From Zygophlyctis sp. KS116 (Eukaryota > Fungi > Chytridiomycota): a DNA stretch of 28,508 nucleotides. Of this stretch, positions 13,490 to 24,257 are shown piece after piece. The notes below the pieces were generated by a model. It had not been told where the DNA came from. It saw nothing but the letters and a program-made list of their open reading frames with translations, and did not search any database. The DNA is taken from the NCBI GenBank assembly GCA_054661495.1, contig BAAFSQ010000122.1, positions 1 through 28,508 on the forward strand. The letters are read 5' to 3'. A program made the translations under genes and the position numbers. Positions within the stretch are counted from its first letter, which is position 1; the number at the start of each line of letters is the position of its first letter.

Positions 13490-13602
13490 AAATTTTGCAT
13501 TTAGAAACCTAAAACACTTTGCTTTGAAGTTTTGAAAGCAAAAAATTCCTGTTTCAAATCTCAACTCAAATTTTAAAAAAGATTTGAAAAGATTGGAAAG
13601 AA

Positions 13603-15478
13603 ATGGTCAGTTCAAAGACAAGAGATGATTCTAAAACAGGATTTTATCCTTGTAGTAATGTCGCCCTAGGCAATTCAACCGAAAAACATATTCTGCAGGT
13701 GCCACAAGGGCTTTTGGACATTTACTCAAAAGCTGAAGATTTAATTCTAAACAAGGATTTTAATCATGGTGTGGTATTGCTTGAATCGGTCGTCAAGGCT
13801 TTTGATTGCTCTCAGTCTCAGGCTCTATTGGGATTTTGTTTGGAATTCGGTTTAGGAATCACTCAAGACTTTAAGGCTGCAGAAAAACTTTATGCTGCTG
13901 CTGGATTGCAGGGAAATGGGCTGGCTTGTGCTAGGTTATCTTTTCTTAGGAGATATGGTAGACCTGGGGTGATTATTGACAGGATGGAGGCAGAAGAATG
14001 GGTAAAGAGGGTTGGTTCAGTGGCTAGTTTAAGTTGGTTGGTAAAAGCTGCTGATCAATTTAATTTACCTGCTGCATGTTATGCTTTAGGAGTATGTTAT
14101 CATGATGGGTATTTAGTTTTTTTTCTTTAATCAATTTAGAATTGGAGTCCCAAGAACACCTAAAATGGCTGTCCGTTATTATCAAAAGGCGGCTGATGCA
14201 AAAGAACCTAGAGGTCAAGGAATTCTTGGTTATTGTTATGGTGAGGGATTTGGAGTTGAAAAAGATATTGCAAAAGCATTTGAGTTATACACTGATGCTG
14301 CAAATCAAGGGGAATCAGTATCAATGTATAATTTGGCTCACTGTTATGAAGAAGGAAATGGTGTACCAAAAGATATTGAAAAAGCTTTATATTGGTATGA
14401 AAAATCATCATGTTTGGGAAACTGCTACGCTCAAAATTCTCTAGGTTATATGCATGAAGAAGGTCTGGGAGTCAAAAGATCAGAGGAAAAAGCAGTATTT
14501 TACTATAAACTTTCGGCTGAACAAGGTTATCCTTGGTCTCAATGTAATCTTGGATTCTGTCTTCAAAATGGAATTGGGATTGAAAAAGATGAATCCTCTG
14601 GAGCTTATTGGTATCAAAAGGCGGCAATGCAAGGTCATTCTAGAGCACAACATAATTTAGGACATGCTTATCAGTATGGAATAGGAGTCTCAAAAGATGA
14701 AGCAATGGCGGTTGAATGGTATAAAAGATCTGCAGCTTCTGGAAATGCATTTGCATTACATTCTTTAGGATACTGTTATCAATATGGAATTGGAGTAGAA
14801 CCAGATGAAACTCTCTGTTCTAAATTATATAGGGAATCTGCACTATTAGGACATGCTCCTGCTCAATTATCCCTTGGGTGCTGCTACAGAAATGGAATCG
14901 GTGTACCAGTAAATGAAAATGAAGCATTTAAATGGATAAGATCATCTGCTTTGGGAGGCAATGATTTGGCTCAAAACACTCTTGGTCATTTATATGAAGA
15001 TGGAATTGGAACTATAAAGAATCTTGATAAAGCAGTATATTGGTATACCGTCTCTGCTCGTCAAGGAAATGCCTGGGCTCTTACAAACCTTGCAATAATG
15101 TATTCTGAAGGAGTCTTTGTAGAACAATCTTATCCTGAAGCTCTTCGCTTACTAAAACTAGCAGCTGATCAGGAACATTCAAGAGCTCAAGTTCGACTAG
15201 GAGAACTTTATTTTTATGGAAAAGGCATTAATGTAGATTATAATCAAGCATATCATTGGTTTAGCCGTTCTGCTGATAATGGTTCAGTTCCTGGAATGAC
15301 ATGGGTAGCCCAATGTTTGGAAAGAGGACTTGGAACATCATCATCTCTTGAGAGTGCAGTTGAATGGTATGAGAAAGCAGCTTCTTGGGGAGACCAATCT
15401 GCCTCTGAAAGATTGCTTGTTCTAACAGCTAACCCCTGTGTATCATCAATGAATGGACATGTCGCACCTTCTGCCTAA
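13603..15478 (+). CDS. Sel1-like repeat protein
   Basis: More than ten AQ..LG.CY..G.GV..D...A..WY..AA.QG repeats; intron 14109-14139 joins the two ORFs. Confidence 0.92.
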
Positions 15479-15506
15479 ACTTATTTTTCTAATAATAATT
15501 ATTATA

Positions 15507-16545
15507 ATGTCAAAATCTGTCCGTTATTATGCCGGAAAAGCTCCTGTTTGGTACAAATCTGACGATTCAGAGGATGAAATTGAGACTGAGCAATTGCAAG
15601 ATAAAGAAGAGTTTAAACAAGAAAAAATAGATTCAAGAATTTCTAGATTGCAAAACTCTGCATTTACTCAGAGACAAGTTCAGGTTGATGAAGAGCCTGT
15701 AGAAAGAGAAAGAATTGTAGTTTTACAGGAAGAGGAAGAGATTTTATCGTTGGATGAAGAAGAGTCAGAGGAAGAGTCAGAAGAAGAGTCAGAAGAAGAA
15801 ATCAAACCTCCAGTTCTATTTAAACCAGTATTTAACAAAACAAAAAAATCTGTTCAAATTCCAAAAGATCTACACAATGATCAGGAAGAGCGAAAAAATA
15901 CTTCACATGAAATGGTAGTAGAAGAGTTGAAGAGAGATTTGGTACAAAAAGAAGAAATAGAATTGGATGTAGATGACGCAGATGGGATAAATGAAGACGA
16001 GGAGATGGAGGCTTGGAAATTGCGAGAATTGTCAAGAATTAAAAGGGATGCTTTGGAAAAAGAGACTAGAGAAAGAGAGGAATTAGAAAAAGAAGAAAAT
16101 AGGAGGAAAACAGATAAAGAATTACAAGAAGAAATGGAAAAGAATGGGATTGAAGAAAAGTCTAAAATCAAGTTTTTGCAAAAATATTATCATAAAGGTA
16201 TTTTAAAGATTTATAGAAAATATAGGTGCATTTTATGCTGATGATGAGGCTGTAGCAAAGGCACTCGAAGAAAGAGATTTTTCTTTGCCTACTCTAGGTG
16301 ATAAAGTGAATAAAGAGTTATTGCCTGCAGTAATGCAAGTAAGGAATTTTGGAAAATCTGGTAGAAGTAAATATACGCATTTGGTTGATCAAGATACTAC
16401 GCAAGTAAGATTAGAAAAATTGATTTTATAGAGAGATGCAGGATGGGCACTTAAAACAACTGTAAATCTAAAAGCGACAGAGAAAATGGGCGGTGTTAAA
16501 AGAAAGTTTGAAGGATCTACAGATGAAAAAGGAGAAAAGAAATAG
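15507..16545 (+). CDS. MFAP1: Spliceosomal MFAP1/Spp381-like protein
   Basis: VRYYAGKAP; acidic region; [14 protein letters not shown]; [13 protein letters not shown]; [26 protein letters not shown]; two small introns. Confidence 0.92.
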
Positions 16546-16575
16546 TTTTTTACAAAAATGTCTTTTTCTTATTAT

Positions 16576-19097
16576 TTAAGATGTGATACTATCTAAATCA
16601 GTTACAGACGATCGTTTTCCAGTGGCTTGGTCAACTAGCATGGCTATTTCAAGAACTGTAGCAACACTGTTCCAATATTCAGATTCATATTCAGTTGTGA
16701 TAACTTCATAAAATGCCTGATAATTATCTAAAATGTTGGAACGGATCACTCTTAAAAGTATAGTCTCGGTAGACTTATCGCCCAAATAGTTATCCATCTT
16801 GGAGGAAACTAATTCTAAATGATCCTTGAGAACTTTTTTAAATTGAGTAAATACTCCAATTACATGATCTAAAAATAAATTAAAATCAGGAATACCTGGA
16901 GTCGCAAAGTTTTGTTTTGAGAGTAGTTCGTTTGATCTGCCAGAGCTTCTGAGTCGGAACGCGGAAACTTTGAGCATAAAAGATGAAATAGGATCAATGG
17001 CAGTTTTAGCCGCATCTAATATTACATCCTCGCATACCCGCTTTAAATCCAAATCTAACAACTACTAAATTAGTTTCTAGAGTGAAGTATACTTGTTTTG
17101 CATCAGAGTAATTTTCAATCATTGTTGGAGAGGCAGCCTCTGCTAAAGATTTACCCCAACTCGGTAAATTAGATACTGAAAGTGTTGTCCAACTACTACG
17201 GAGCATCGTCGTAAGTGCATCTTTCAATTAGATATAGTTTAAGCGCACCAATCATCCCATGAAAATCTATTCTCTCTTCTTTAATAAGAAATTGAGCGTC
17301 GTAAGGAATTATTTGCTCTCTCAGCATCAAGAGATTCTTAATTAAGAAGAGCTGTCCATCGAGCTTTGTCTAAAATGATTTAAATAATGTTAAATGCATA
17401 CCTGCTTATTAGACAGAATTTCTGATGCTTTAGCTAAAGAAAAACGGCAATGATCAATCGCTTCGGCAGAAATATCTTCAAAAACTGACGTCTAATCGTT
17501 CATACTTTAATATTGCTTACCGGCACTGACCCATACATGCGCCCAAGAATATACAAGGTCCGTTGAAGAGTAGGATAATATTCTCCTCCTCCATAAACCA
17601 TTTTCCCAGAAACAAGCTGATTAGGAGATGTAATGAATTCAGCATGACTTGCCCTTTCATCTTCAATTGCCGATTGTGGGTGATTATCAATTCCTTCATT
17701 ATATAAATCATCAATCACTTGGGCAACTCCGATTGTTGAACTTACTAAATTAGGCATGGGCACTGTTAAATCAATAACTTGTAAACATACATCCTCTTCC
17801 ACGAGCAAATAACTCAATATCTTCAATTCTAGGAGTGAAATTCATAATATCAGCATGTATAAATTCCTGAGCTCTAAAGACCAGCCTTGCTTGGGCATCT
17901 TCCAATGTTTTACGTGCAAGAAATTTAACAGCCGAAGAAAAATCATCTGAATTATCCTCTTGATGCATCAAATCAATCACAGAACTTCTCCTTAAATTAT
18001 CATTTTTCATATCAACAAAATAACTTAATAGTGACTGACATAAATCCACCAATTCATCAATTTTGTTTTCTTTTAAAATCAGTGGTCTATATTTATCATA
18101 TAATATGAGTGATAAAGACTCTAAATATTTCCTATTTATTAATAATAAAAACTTACAATAATTCTTCATATTCGAATTCAAAAAAATCATGAAAAAGTTT
18201 ATATTCATCTTCACAAATTTGAATTATATATGCACAACCTATTTTAGAGTACTCCAAAATTGAATCTTTTTTCATGTCTTGTATATTCCTATGAATAAAT
18301 GGCCCAATTAAACTTTTTCTAGTATCAAAAAATATATTTATCGCATCCTTTAAAAGAGTCATAAATTCCAAATTATGAACTGCTCTTGATTCTAATTCAG
18401 AAATTAATAATTTCAATTCTAATCCTAAATTTTTAAATTTGGTATAGAATAGTGAAATTTGCATATTTTTCCCAACATCACTTATTAATAAATCTCTTAT
18501 ATCTCCAGCCAAAACTCTTATTGAATTTACAATATGCATTTTAATCAACATCATTGATCGTGTCATACACTGTTTAGTTTTAATTAGATAGACTGCAGAT
18601 TCCTGATAATCTAAATTTTTTGATAGAAATTCCGAACAGTGATCTAATAGTGACAGAGAAGGAATAAAATCCTTTTTTAGAGTAATATCCTGTCCAGACA
18701 AGGATAATAATTTGATAACCATTTCTAAAGAATTAAAGTATGAGAGTTTTAATTCCAAATCACTTGCTAGATCTGATAATTTTTCTTCTTGTTGTATTAT
18801 ACTTGAAGTCTGAGACTGTAAATCTCTAGTTTTTTCAGCAACAGATTCATTTAAATTTTGTAATTTTAAAAGAATTTCTAGTGAATTTTGAATTCTACAC
18901 AGGAAATTCCTAGAATTATTTTTTAGAATTTCCACATTTTCCAAATAATTTTGAATTTCCAAAGATTCTAGTCTTAAATTTGGTAATTTTTCTCTTTTAA
19001 ATTCTACAAAATCTGAAAATGTAGAAATTATTTTCTTTTCCGAGTGTCTTTGAGGAGAAAGATCTAGTCTGTCCAGAGAATTGTAGATTTCTTGCAT
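16576..19097 (-). CDS. COG3: Conserved oligomeric Golgi complex subunit 3 (Sec34)
   Basis: KLSYFNSLE, LDHCSEFL, DAQARLVFRAQ, YYPTLQRTL..L..MY, DGQLFLIKNLLMLREQIIPYD (around 17300-17365); multiple small introns in the 3' two-thirds. Confidence 0.9.
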
Positions 19098-19189
19098 TTA
19101 CTTTTTACTTTTTACTTAAAATCCACTTAAAATCCACTTAATATTCCCTATAATATCAAGCAAGTCACTAGATCACTAGATTACTAGAT
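19098..19189. repeat. Intergenic cluster of short tandem repeats
   Basis: TTTTTAC-type repeats, ACTTAAAATCC x2 plus a partial copy, and (C/T)ACTAGAT x3 at 19166-19189. Confidence 0.85.
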
Positions 19190-19206
19190 TTAAAATACAA
19201 AATATA

Positions 19207-19986
19207 TTAACGATTCCAAATCAAAAGAGGTCCAAAATCTCCAACAACTCTTTTTAAATTCTTTGAATCTTGTAAATCTTGTATAAAAGATCCTCTTTTT
19301 CCTCCTTTTCTAGTATACTCTTGCTGTAACGCAACTACATCTACAAATCCTAATTTTTTATAAAAAGATTCTGATCTCCATAATGACCAAACTTCAATTG
19401 AAGATACAAAAGTTAATTCTTGTAATGATTCTACCAAAACTTTTGTAAATCCAAATCCTTCATACTCTGAATTCATTATTAATTTTTCTATACATATATG
19501 CCTAATATTATCACTAAATATAAAATACTCTTCTTCTCCAACTCTAGAAAAGAATTCTACAAAACCAATCAAATCTCCATTATTTCCTTGTAAATAAAGT
19601 ATTTTATAATGACATGGAGAATCTTTAAAAAGTCCTAATTTGAGTTGTCCATCAACTTGACAAATTTCTAATAATTCCTGACATGCTTTTAATGCTTCTG
19701 TATCTCCTAATTTAAGTAATTTAATAGAATAGTCCTTGTTAACAGTCATTTTTTCCCTTGTAAATAGTCTACTTAGTAATTTGAGAGAGTTATTAATCAG
19801 ACAAAATGGAAGAAATAAAATAATAATAATTGGACTAGAGACACAAATTACAAATATAGTTAAAGACACTGATAGAATTAGTCCAAAGAGTAATAAAGTT
19901 TTATAGACTCTGACTATTCCTGATGAATTTTGTAAAGATAGAGTCTCTGCAACTAGAGATAATTTACGAAAACTCCAATTTATCAT
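19207..19986 (-). CDS. GNAT-fold acetyltransferase-like protein, possibly with a hydrophobic N-terminus
   Basis: LIGFVEF, IEKLIMNSEYEGFGFTKVLV (motif A-like), SESFYKKLGF (motif B). Start is either 19986 or 19749. Confidence 0.7.
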   Translation of the reverse strand: MINWSFRKLSLVAETLSLQNSSGIVRVYKTLLLFGLILSVSLTIFVICVSSPIIIILFLPFCLINNSLKLLSRLFTREKMTVNKDYSIKLLKLGDTEALKACQELLEICQVDGQLKLGLFKDSPCHYKILYLQGNNGDLIGFVEFFSRVGEEEYFIFSDNIRHICIEKLIMNSEYEGFGFTKVLVESLQELTFVSSIEVWSLWRSESFYKKLGFVDVVALQQEYTRKGGKRGSFIQDLQDSKNLKRVVGDFGPLLIWNR

Positions 19987-20005
19987 TGTATTACCCCACA
20001 CCTGC

Positions 20006-20641
20006 TTAGACTTGCAAGACTCTTAAAACTACATGAAACCAATTGTCTGGACTGAGTACTGATAGAGTATCTGAAAACTTGAATTCATCTGTTAATATTA
20101 CTCCAAAATACATTAATTCATGTCCAGGCCATATTTCTAAAAAAACTCTTAAAAGTGATTCATTCCAATAGTCCCTAGAGAATTTCCTTGTATATATTCT
20201 GTCCTTTATATACACCTTTATAGGGAAATTTATAGTGTCTGTGATTGGAGTCATGCATAGATTATTAATCAAATTTAGAGTCTGATCTATAGATAAAGAT
20301 TGAAGATTAGACACAGATCCTGTTCTTAGAAACTCTGATTCCTTTAGAGATTGTAAAAATAATTCCTTAAATTCTGGTCTAGATTCCTTTACAAATTCAC
20401 CATGCAAGATTAAAACTTGATTACTAGAATATAAATCAAATAGAGTTCCTAAATTTCTAAATCCTAAATTTAGAGATTTTGAAGAGGCCAAAGAGATTAT
20501 AAAACTCTCTCTACTCTCTAAATATTTTGAAATTTCTAAAAAATACTGAAAAATCCAATGAATTCTTTTACAAATTAAATAAATTGGATTCTTTAAAGGA
20601 AATTCAATTCGAACAATAATACTAGAGTTTGATAAATTCAT
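20006..20641 (-). CDS. ATG5: Divergent autophagy protein 5
   Basis: PIYL..KR, LGTLFDL, FLQSLKESEFLRTGS (conjugation Lys context), FPIKVY, SPDNWFHVVL. Confidence 0.72.
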   Translation of the reverse strand: MNLSNSSIIVRIEFPLKNPIYLICKRIHWIFQYFLEISKYLESRESFIISLASSKSLNLGFRNLGTLFDLYSSNQVLILHGEFVKESRPEFKELFLQSLKESEFLRTGSVSNLQSLSIDQTLNLINNLCMTPITDTINFPIKVYIKDRIYTRKFSRDYWNESLLRVFLEIWPGHELMYFGVILTDEFKFSDTLSVLSPDNWFHVVLRVLQV

Positions 20642-21534
20642 TTTGGGTTTATAATTTCTGATATTATCCTAGAGTAACTAGAAGAAATTGTAGAATTTGG
20701 AAATTCTAGTCTAAAATTTTTACCAAAATCACTAGCTTTTCCTAAATTTGGATCAAGAGGTATAGATCCTAAAAATGGAATTTTAAATTCTCTTGATAAA
20801 TCTAGTACAGTTTTTTTAGATTCTGGAAATATTTTGTATTCTTCTCCACATTTGCATTTGTAAATTGACATATTTTCTATAATTCCTAAAATTGGAATTC
20901 CTACTTTATGACAAAATTTAATTTCTCTTGAAACATCTAATATAGAAGATGGTGAAGATGTAGATACTAGAATAGCACCAGAAATTCCAGATTCTTTTAA
21001 ATAAGTTACTATAGATAAATGTTCATCAGAAGTTCCAGGAGGAGTATCAATAATTAAATATTCTACATCCCATTCTACATTTGATAAAAATTCTTGAATT
21101 AGTCCATTCTTTTTAGGTCCTCTCCATAGTATAGCAGAGTCAGGATCAGATAAAAATCCTATAGACATACAAGCTAAATTATCAGAAACCCAAACAGGAG
21201 ACCAACCAGAATTAGAAGAATGAACAGTTTCTTCTTCTACTCCCATCATTTTAGGAATTGATGGACCAGTAATATCAAGATCTAAAAGTCCAACATCAGA
21301 GTCTACCAATGATGAAAGAGCCCATGCTAGATTAGATGCAACAGTTGATTTTCCAACTCCTCCTTTTCCTGATAAAACCAGTAATTTCATTTGGACATTT
21401 TTCAGGTTAGCATTGATTTTACTTAGATCGACTTGTTTAGAAGTAGAACATATGGTCTGATTGGGACATCCAGCACATGCAGATGAATCTCCAGCCTCTT
21501 TAGAACTTGGTCCTGGACAGCCTGAATTGTTCAT
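20638..21534 (-). CDS. NBP35: Cytosolic Fe-S scaffold P-loop NTPase Nbp35/NUBP1
   Basis: N-terminal CPG..S..AG..SACAGCPNQTIC; SGKGGVGKST; DLDITGPSIP; WRGPKKNGLI; DTPPGTSDEH; ENMS. Confidence 0.95.
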   Translation of the reverse strand: MNNSGCPGPSSKEAGDSSACAGCPNQTICSTSKQVDLSKINANLKNVQMKLLVLSGKGGVGKSTVASNLAWALSSLVDSDVGLLDLDITGPSIPKMMGVEEETVHSSNSGWSPVWVSDNLACMSIGFLSDPDSAILWRGPKKNGLIQEFLSNVEWDVEYLIIDTPPGTSDEHLSIVTYLKESGISGAILVSTSSPSSILDVSREIKFCHKVGIPILGIIENMSIYKCKCGEEYKIFPESKKTVLDLSREFKIPFLGSIPLDPNLGKASDFGKNFRLEFPNSTISSSYSRIISEIINPK

Positions 21535-21622
21535 TTTTTACCAGAGAAAAGTGAAATTTCTCATTGATCGGGTTTATAGGGATATAAAATTCCTTTATTA
21601 TTGTAATTATTTCCTTTAAAAA

Positions 21623-22228
21623 ATGGATAAAAGAGAAAAACTCAAACAATTATCCAGTGCTAGACAAGCATCTATTATAGAAAATAGAAAATCTTTAACA
21701 AAGGAAACTCTCTCTATTAATAAGAAACAGGAAAAATTAAGACAAGAAGCTCTATTATTACTAGAAAAGAAACAAGCAGCAGAGGCTGGAATAGACTATG
21801 AAAGACTACAAAATCAAAAATATTCTATAGAGGATGTAGAGAGATGGAATCAAAAACAAGAAGAAAAAAAAAAGGTTAAAGATGATGGTTTTACAGATTT
21901 TATTCAAGTTGCTTCTAAATCTTATCATAAAAAAATTAGAAATCTAAGTGTAAATCAAGATAAATACAATGAGTCAATCAAGGATTTGTCTGTAGGAGAT
22001 TCGGAGATTTTAGCAATACATCATGTACCGAGTGCACAAGGTCTAGAACAATTGGCTAATTCTGTTAAAGAGACTGAAAAATCTAGTAAAAAGAGAGCTG
22101 TAGATGAAAGTGGAGATGTAACATTTATTAATAATCGGAATATGCACTTTAATAAGAAATTGGCAAGGTCTTATGATGCTTTTACAAAGGAAATTAGAGA
22201 AAATTTAGAAAGAGGGACTGCTCTGTAA
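21623..22228 (+). CDS. SYF2: Pre-mRNA splicing factor Syf2
   Basis: GIDYER...YSIED.E.W; GFTDF; DVTFINNRNMHFNKKLARSYDAFTKEIRENLERGTAL. Confidence 0.95.
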   Translation: MDKREKLKQLSSARQASIIENRKSLTKETLSINKKQEKLRQEALLLLEKKQAAEAGIDYERLQNQKYSIEDVERWNQKQEEKKKVKDDGFTDFIQVASKSYHKKIRNLSVNQDKYNESIKDLSVGDSEILAIHHVPSAQGLEQLANSVKETEKSSKKRAVDESGDVTFINNRNMHFNKKLARSYDAFTKEIRENLERGTAL

Positions 22229-22379
22229 TGTAAGAATATTCCAAGAAAGGAATTCTATAAATCTATAATTCTATAATTTTTGAATTTTTGAATTTTTGAA
22301 TTTATTACAATTGACTCAAGACTTAATTTTTAATTGTTCTAGTTGTAATTTTTAACTGGTCTGACTATTTAGTAAAGGG

Positions 22380-23198
22380 ATGCAAGAGTATCAGAATTTA
22401 CTAAAATACAAGTCTAATCCATCAGCTTTTGACTTGAAGAAATATTTAAGAATTTCTGCAAGGAAAAGACATCCATGGCTCTGTACAACTCTAGAAATTA
22501 TTTTTCAAAATTTCAAGGATTTACAAGAGGAAAAGGTATTTCTAGAGTTGAAAAACATTTTGTGGATTTACAATGGAAAATCATTTAGGAAATGGTGGAA
22601 AATCATGCAAAAAAGGAATTATTCTGAATTCATGTTGAATTGGGGGTCTAAATATGATAAAATGTCACTCGTCTATTTAATTAGAATTCATTTATTATTC
22701 TATCAAAAGGCTCTAGAATCTAAAAATATGAAATTTTTGGCTGAATTGGATTTTCTACAAATTAATGTACATCAAATTTGGATAATATTTGGAAATGATG
22801 ATTCTATTTTTGTAGATTATCTGATTCAAAGACTAGAAATTGAAAAATTAGATTTATCTAGAAGTATTTTACATGAAACTAGAATATTTAATCAAATGAA
22901 TCACTTTTTTAGTGTGATTGGATATGATAGAAATCTAATAATTGATCTATTGATATCAAATGAAACAGAATTCTTAGAGTTTTTCTTGAAATATCTAATC
23001 AAAATTTTACAAGAATTTCAGGATTTTATAGATTCTAGTAAGGACTGTGTAGATCAAATTTCAAGACTCATGTCGGAAATAGTCAAGGGATTACAAAATT
23101 TAGCTCTAGAAATTCCTTTTTCTACTATACCATTACAAAAGAGACTGGAAATGGTGATTAAAAAAATAGAAATTTCAGGAATCTCTGAAATTTCTTAA
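22380..23198 (+). CDS. Protein Lines (LINS1) homologue
   Basis: IFGNDDSIFVDYL; FFSVIGYDRNLIIDLLISNETEFLEFFLKYL; IPFSTIPLQKRL resemble the Lines N/C motifs. Confidence 0.7.
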   Translation: MQEYQNLLKYKSNPSAFDLKKYLRISARKRHPWLCTTLEIIFQNFKDLQEEKVFLELKNILWIYNGKSFRKWWKIMQKRNYSEFMLNWGSKYDKMSLVYLIRIHLLFYQKALESKNMKFLAELDFLQINVHQIWIIFGNDDSIFVDYLIQRLEIEKLDLSRSILHETRIFNQMNHFFSVIGYDRNLIIDLLISNETEFLEFFLKYLIKILQEFQDFIDSSKDCVDQISRLMSEIVKGLQNLALEIPFSTIPLQKRLEMVIKKIEISGISEIS

Positions 23199-23231
23199 TT
23201 ACAGCAAAATTATACATGGATTTAGAAAATA

Positions 23232-24100
23232 CTAAAAATCAAGAAGAGGAGATAAAACATCATGTAAATCAAAAAAACGAGCCAATAATCTTGCATTTTC
23301 TAAAGGAATCCTTAATTTAAAATTATTATAAATTACCAAGTTCCTTGAAGCTTCCAATAACCTCCTTGAATTATTTGAACGTTTCCACTTATACTCTCCA
23401 GAGTTTTCCTTTTTTTCCTTCCTTTACAAATTCCAGCAGCTTTTAGTATTGTAGTTGCATTCACCCAATCATCACTTTTCCTTCTAATTACAGTCACTTG
23501 ATTCACATCCATTTCATAAACTTCTGCAACAGAGTAAAACGCTTGACGAACTCTTCTACAATCGCTATTATCGTCTAATTTTAATCTTTTAAGTGTATGT
23601 AATTCAGAATCTTGAACTGATTGATTTGCATTAAAAGATTTAGAATCCTTAATTTTTGTTAGATTCTGAAGGATCTGCAATCTTTGTTCTTTCAGAGTCT
23701 TATTATAAGAGTTAAACAAGTGTAAGAAATTTTCAACCATGATCATTTTACCAGTATTAGTCTCTAGTAATTCTGATAATTGAGATTCATCGTGTTCTAA
23801 AACCAATGACTTGTTTGGACTTAAAAAATCATAAATAATCCCTTGCAGATCCTTTACAGAGAATGGAATCCCACCACCCTTATTTTTTGAATTATTTTCA
23901 TCCAATTTCTGTTTTAGTTTAATTTTTTTTTCCAGATCAAGTTCTTGTTGTTTGATTTCATCATTTGCCAAATGCAACAGCTTATTCTTTAGTATACTAG
24001 GGTCTTGGCTTGGTTGAGATTTTACCCATTCATTCAAGAAATTTTCATGGGGATTATGAGAATGTGTGTAGTAGTAAGTGTCTGATTCTCCTAAATCCAT
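23232..24100 (-). CDS. KilA-N/APSES (Mbp1/Swi4-like) DNA-binding protein with the domain at the C-terminus
   Basis: AFYS..EVYEM...VIRRKSDDWVNATTILKAAG...IQGGYWKLQGTW; a small intron near 23311-23336; last exon IPLENARLLARFFDLHDVLSPLLDF-TAG. Confidence 0.88.
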
Positions 24101-24126
24101 TGGTTGATTCCAGTATTTTGACAAGT

Positions 24127-24239
24127 TTTAAAGACGCGTGCTGTTTCGCGTCAAACGGACAAACGGTTAAAACGCGACGCGACCTCTTTGAATTCCATCA
24201 GATCTTCCTGTTCCCAACTTTTTGCGTTTAAAGACGCGT
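24127..24239. promoter_or_regulatory. Divergent promoter with an MCB/SCB-like CGCG cluster
   Basis: ACGCGT at 24134-24139 and 24234-24239; TTTCGCG at 24144-24150; ACGCGA at 24172-24177 and 24177-24182. Confidence 0.7.
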
Positions 24240-24257
24240 TTCAGGTCTAGGAATGGC

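Noticed and set aside
14142-16171. Short alternative ORFs inside the Sel1 and MFAP1 genes, and the MFAP1 ORF start at 15453
   Set aside because: These are shadows of repetitive coding sequence. MFAP1 homology begins at [13 protein letters not shown] (15507).
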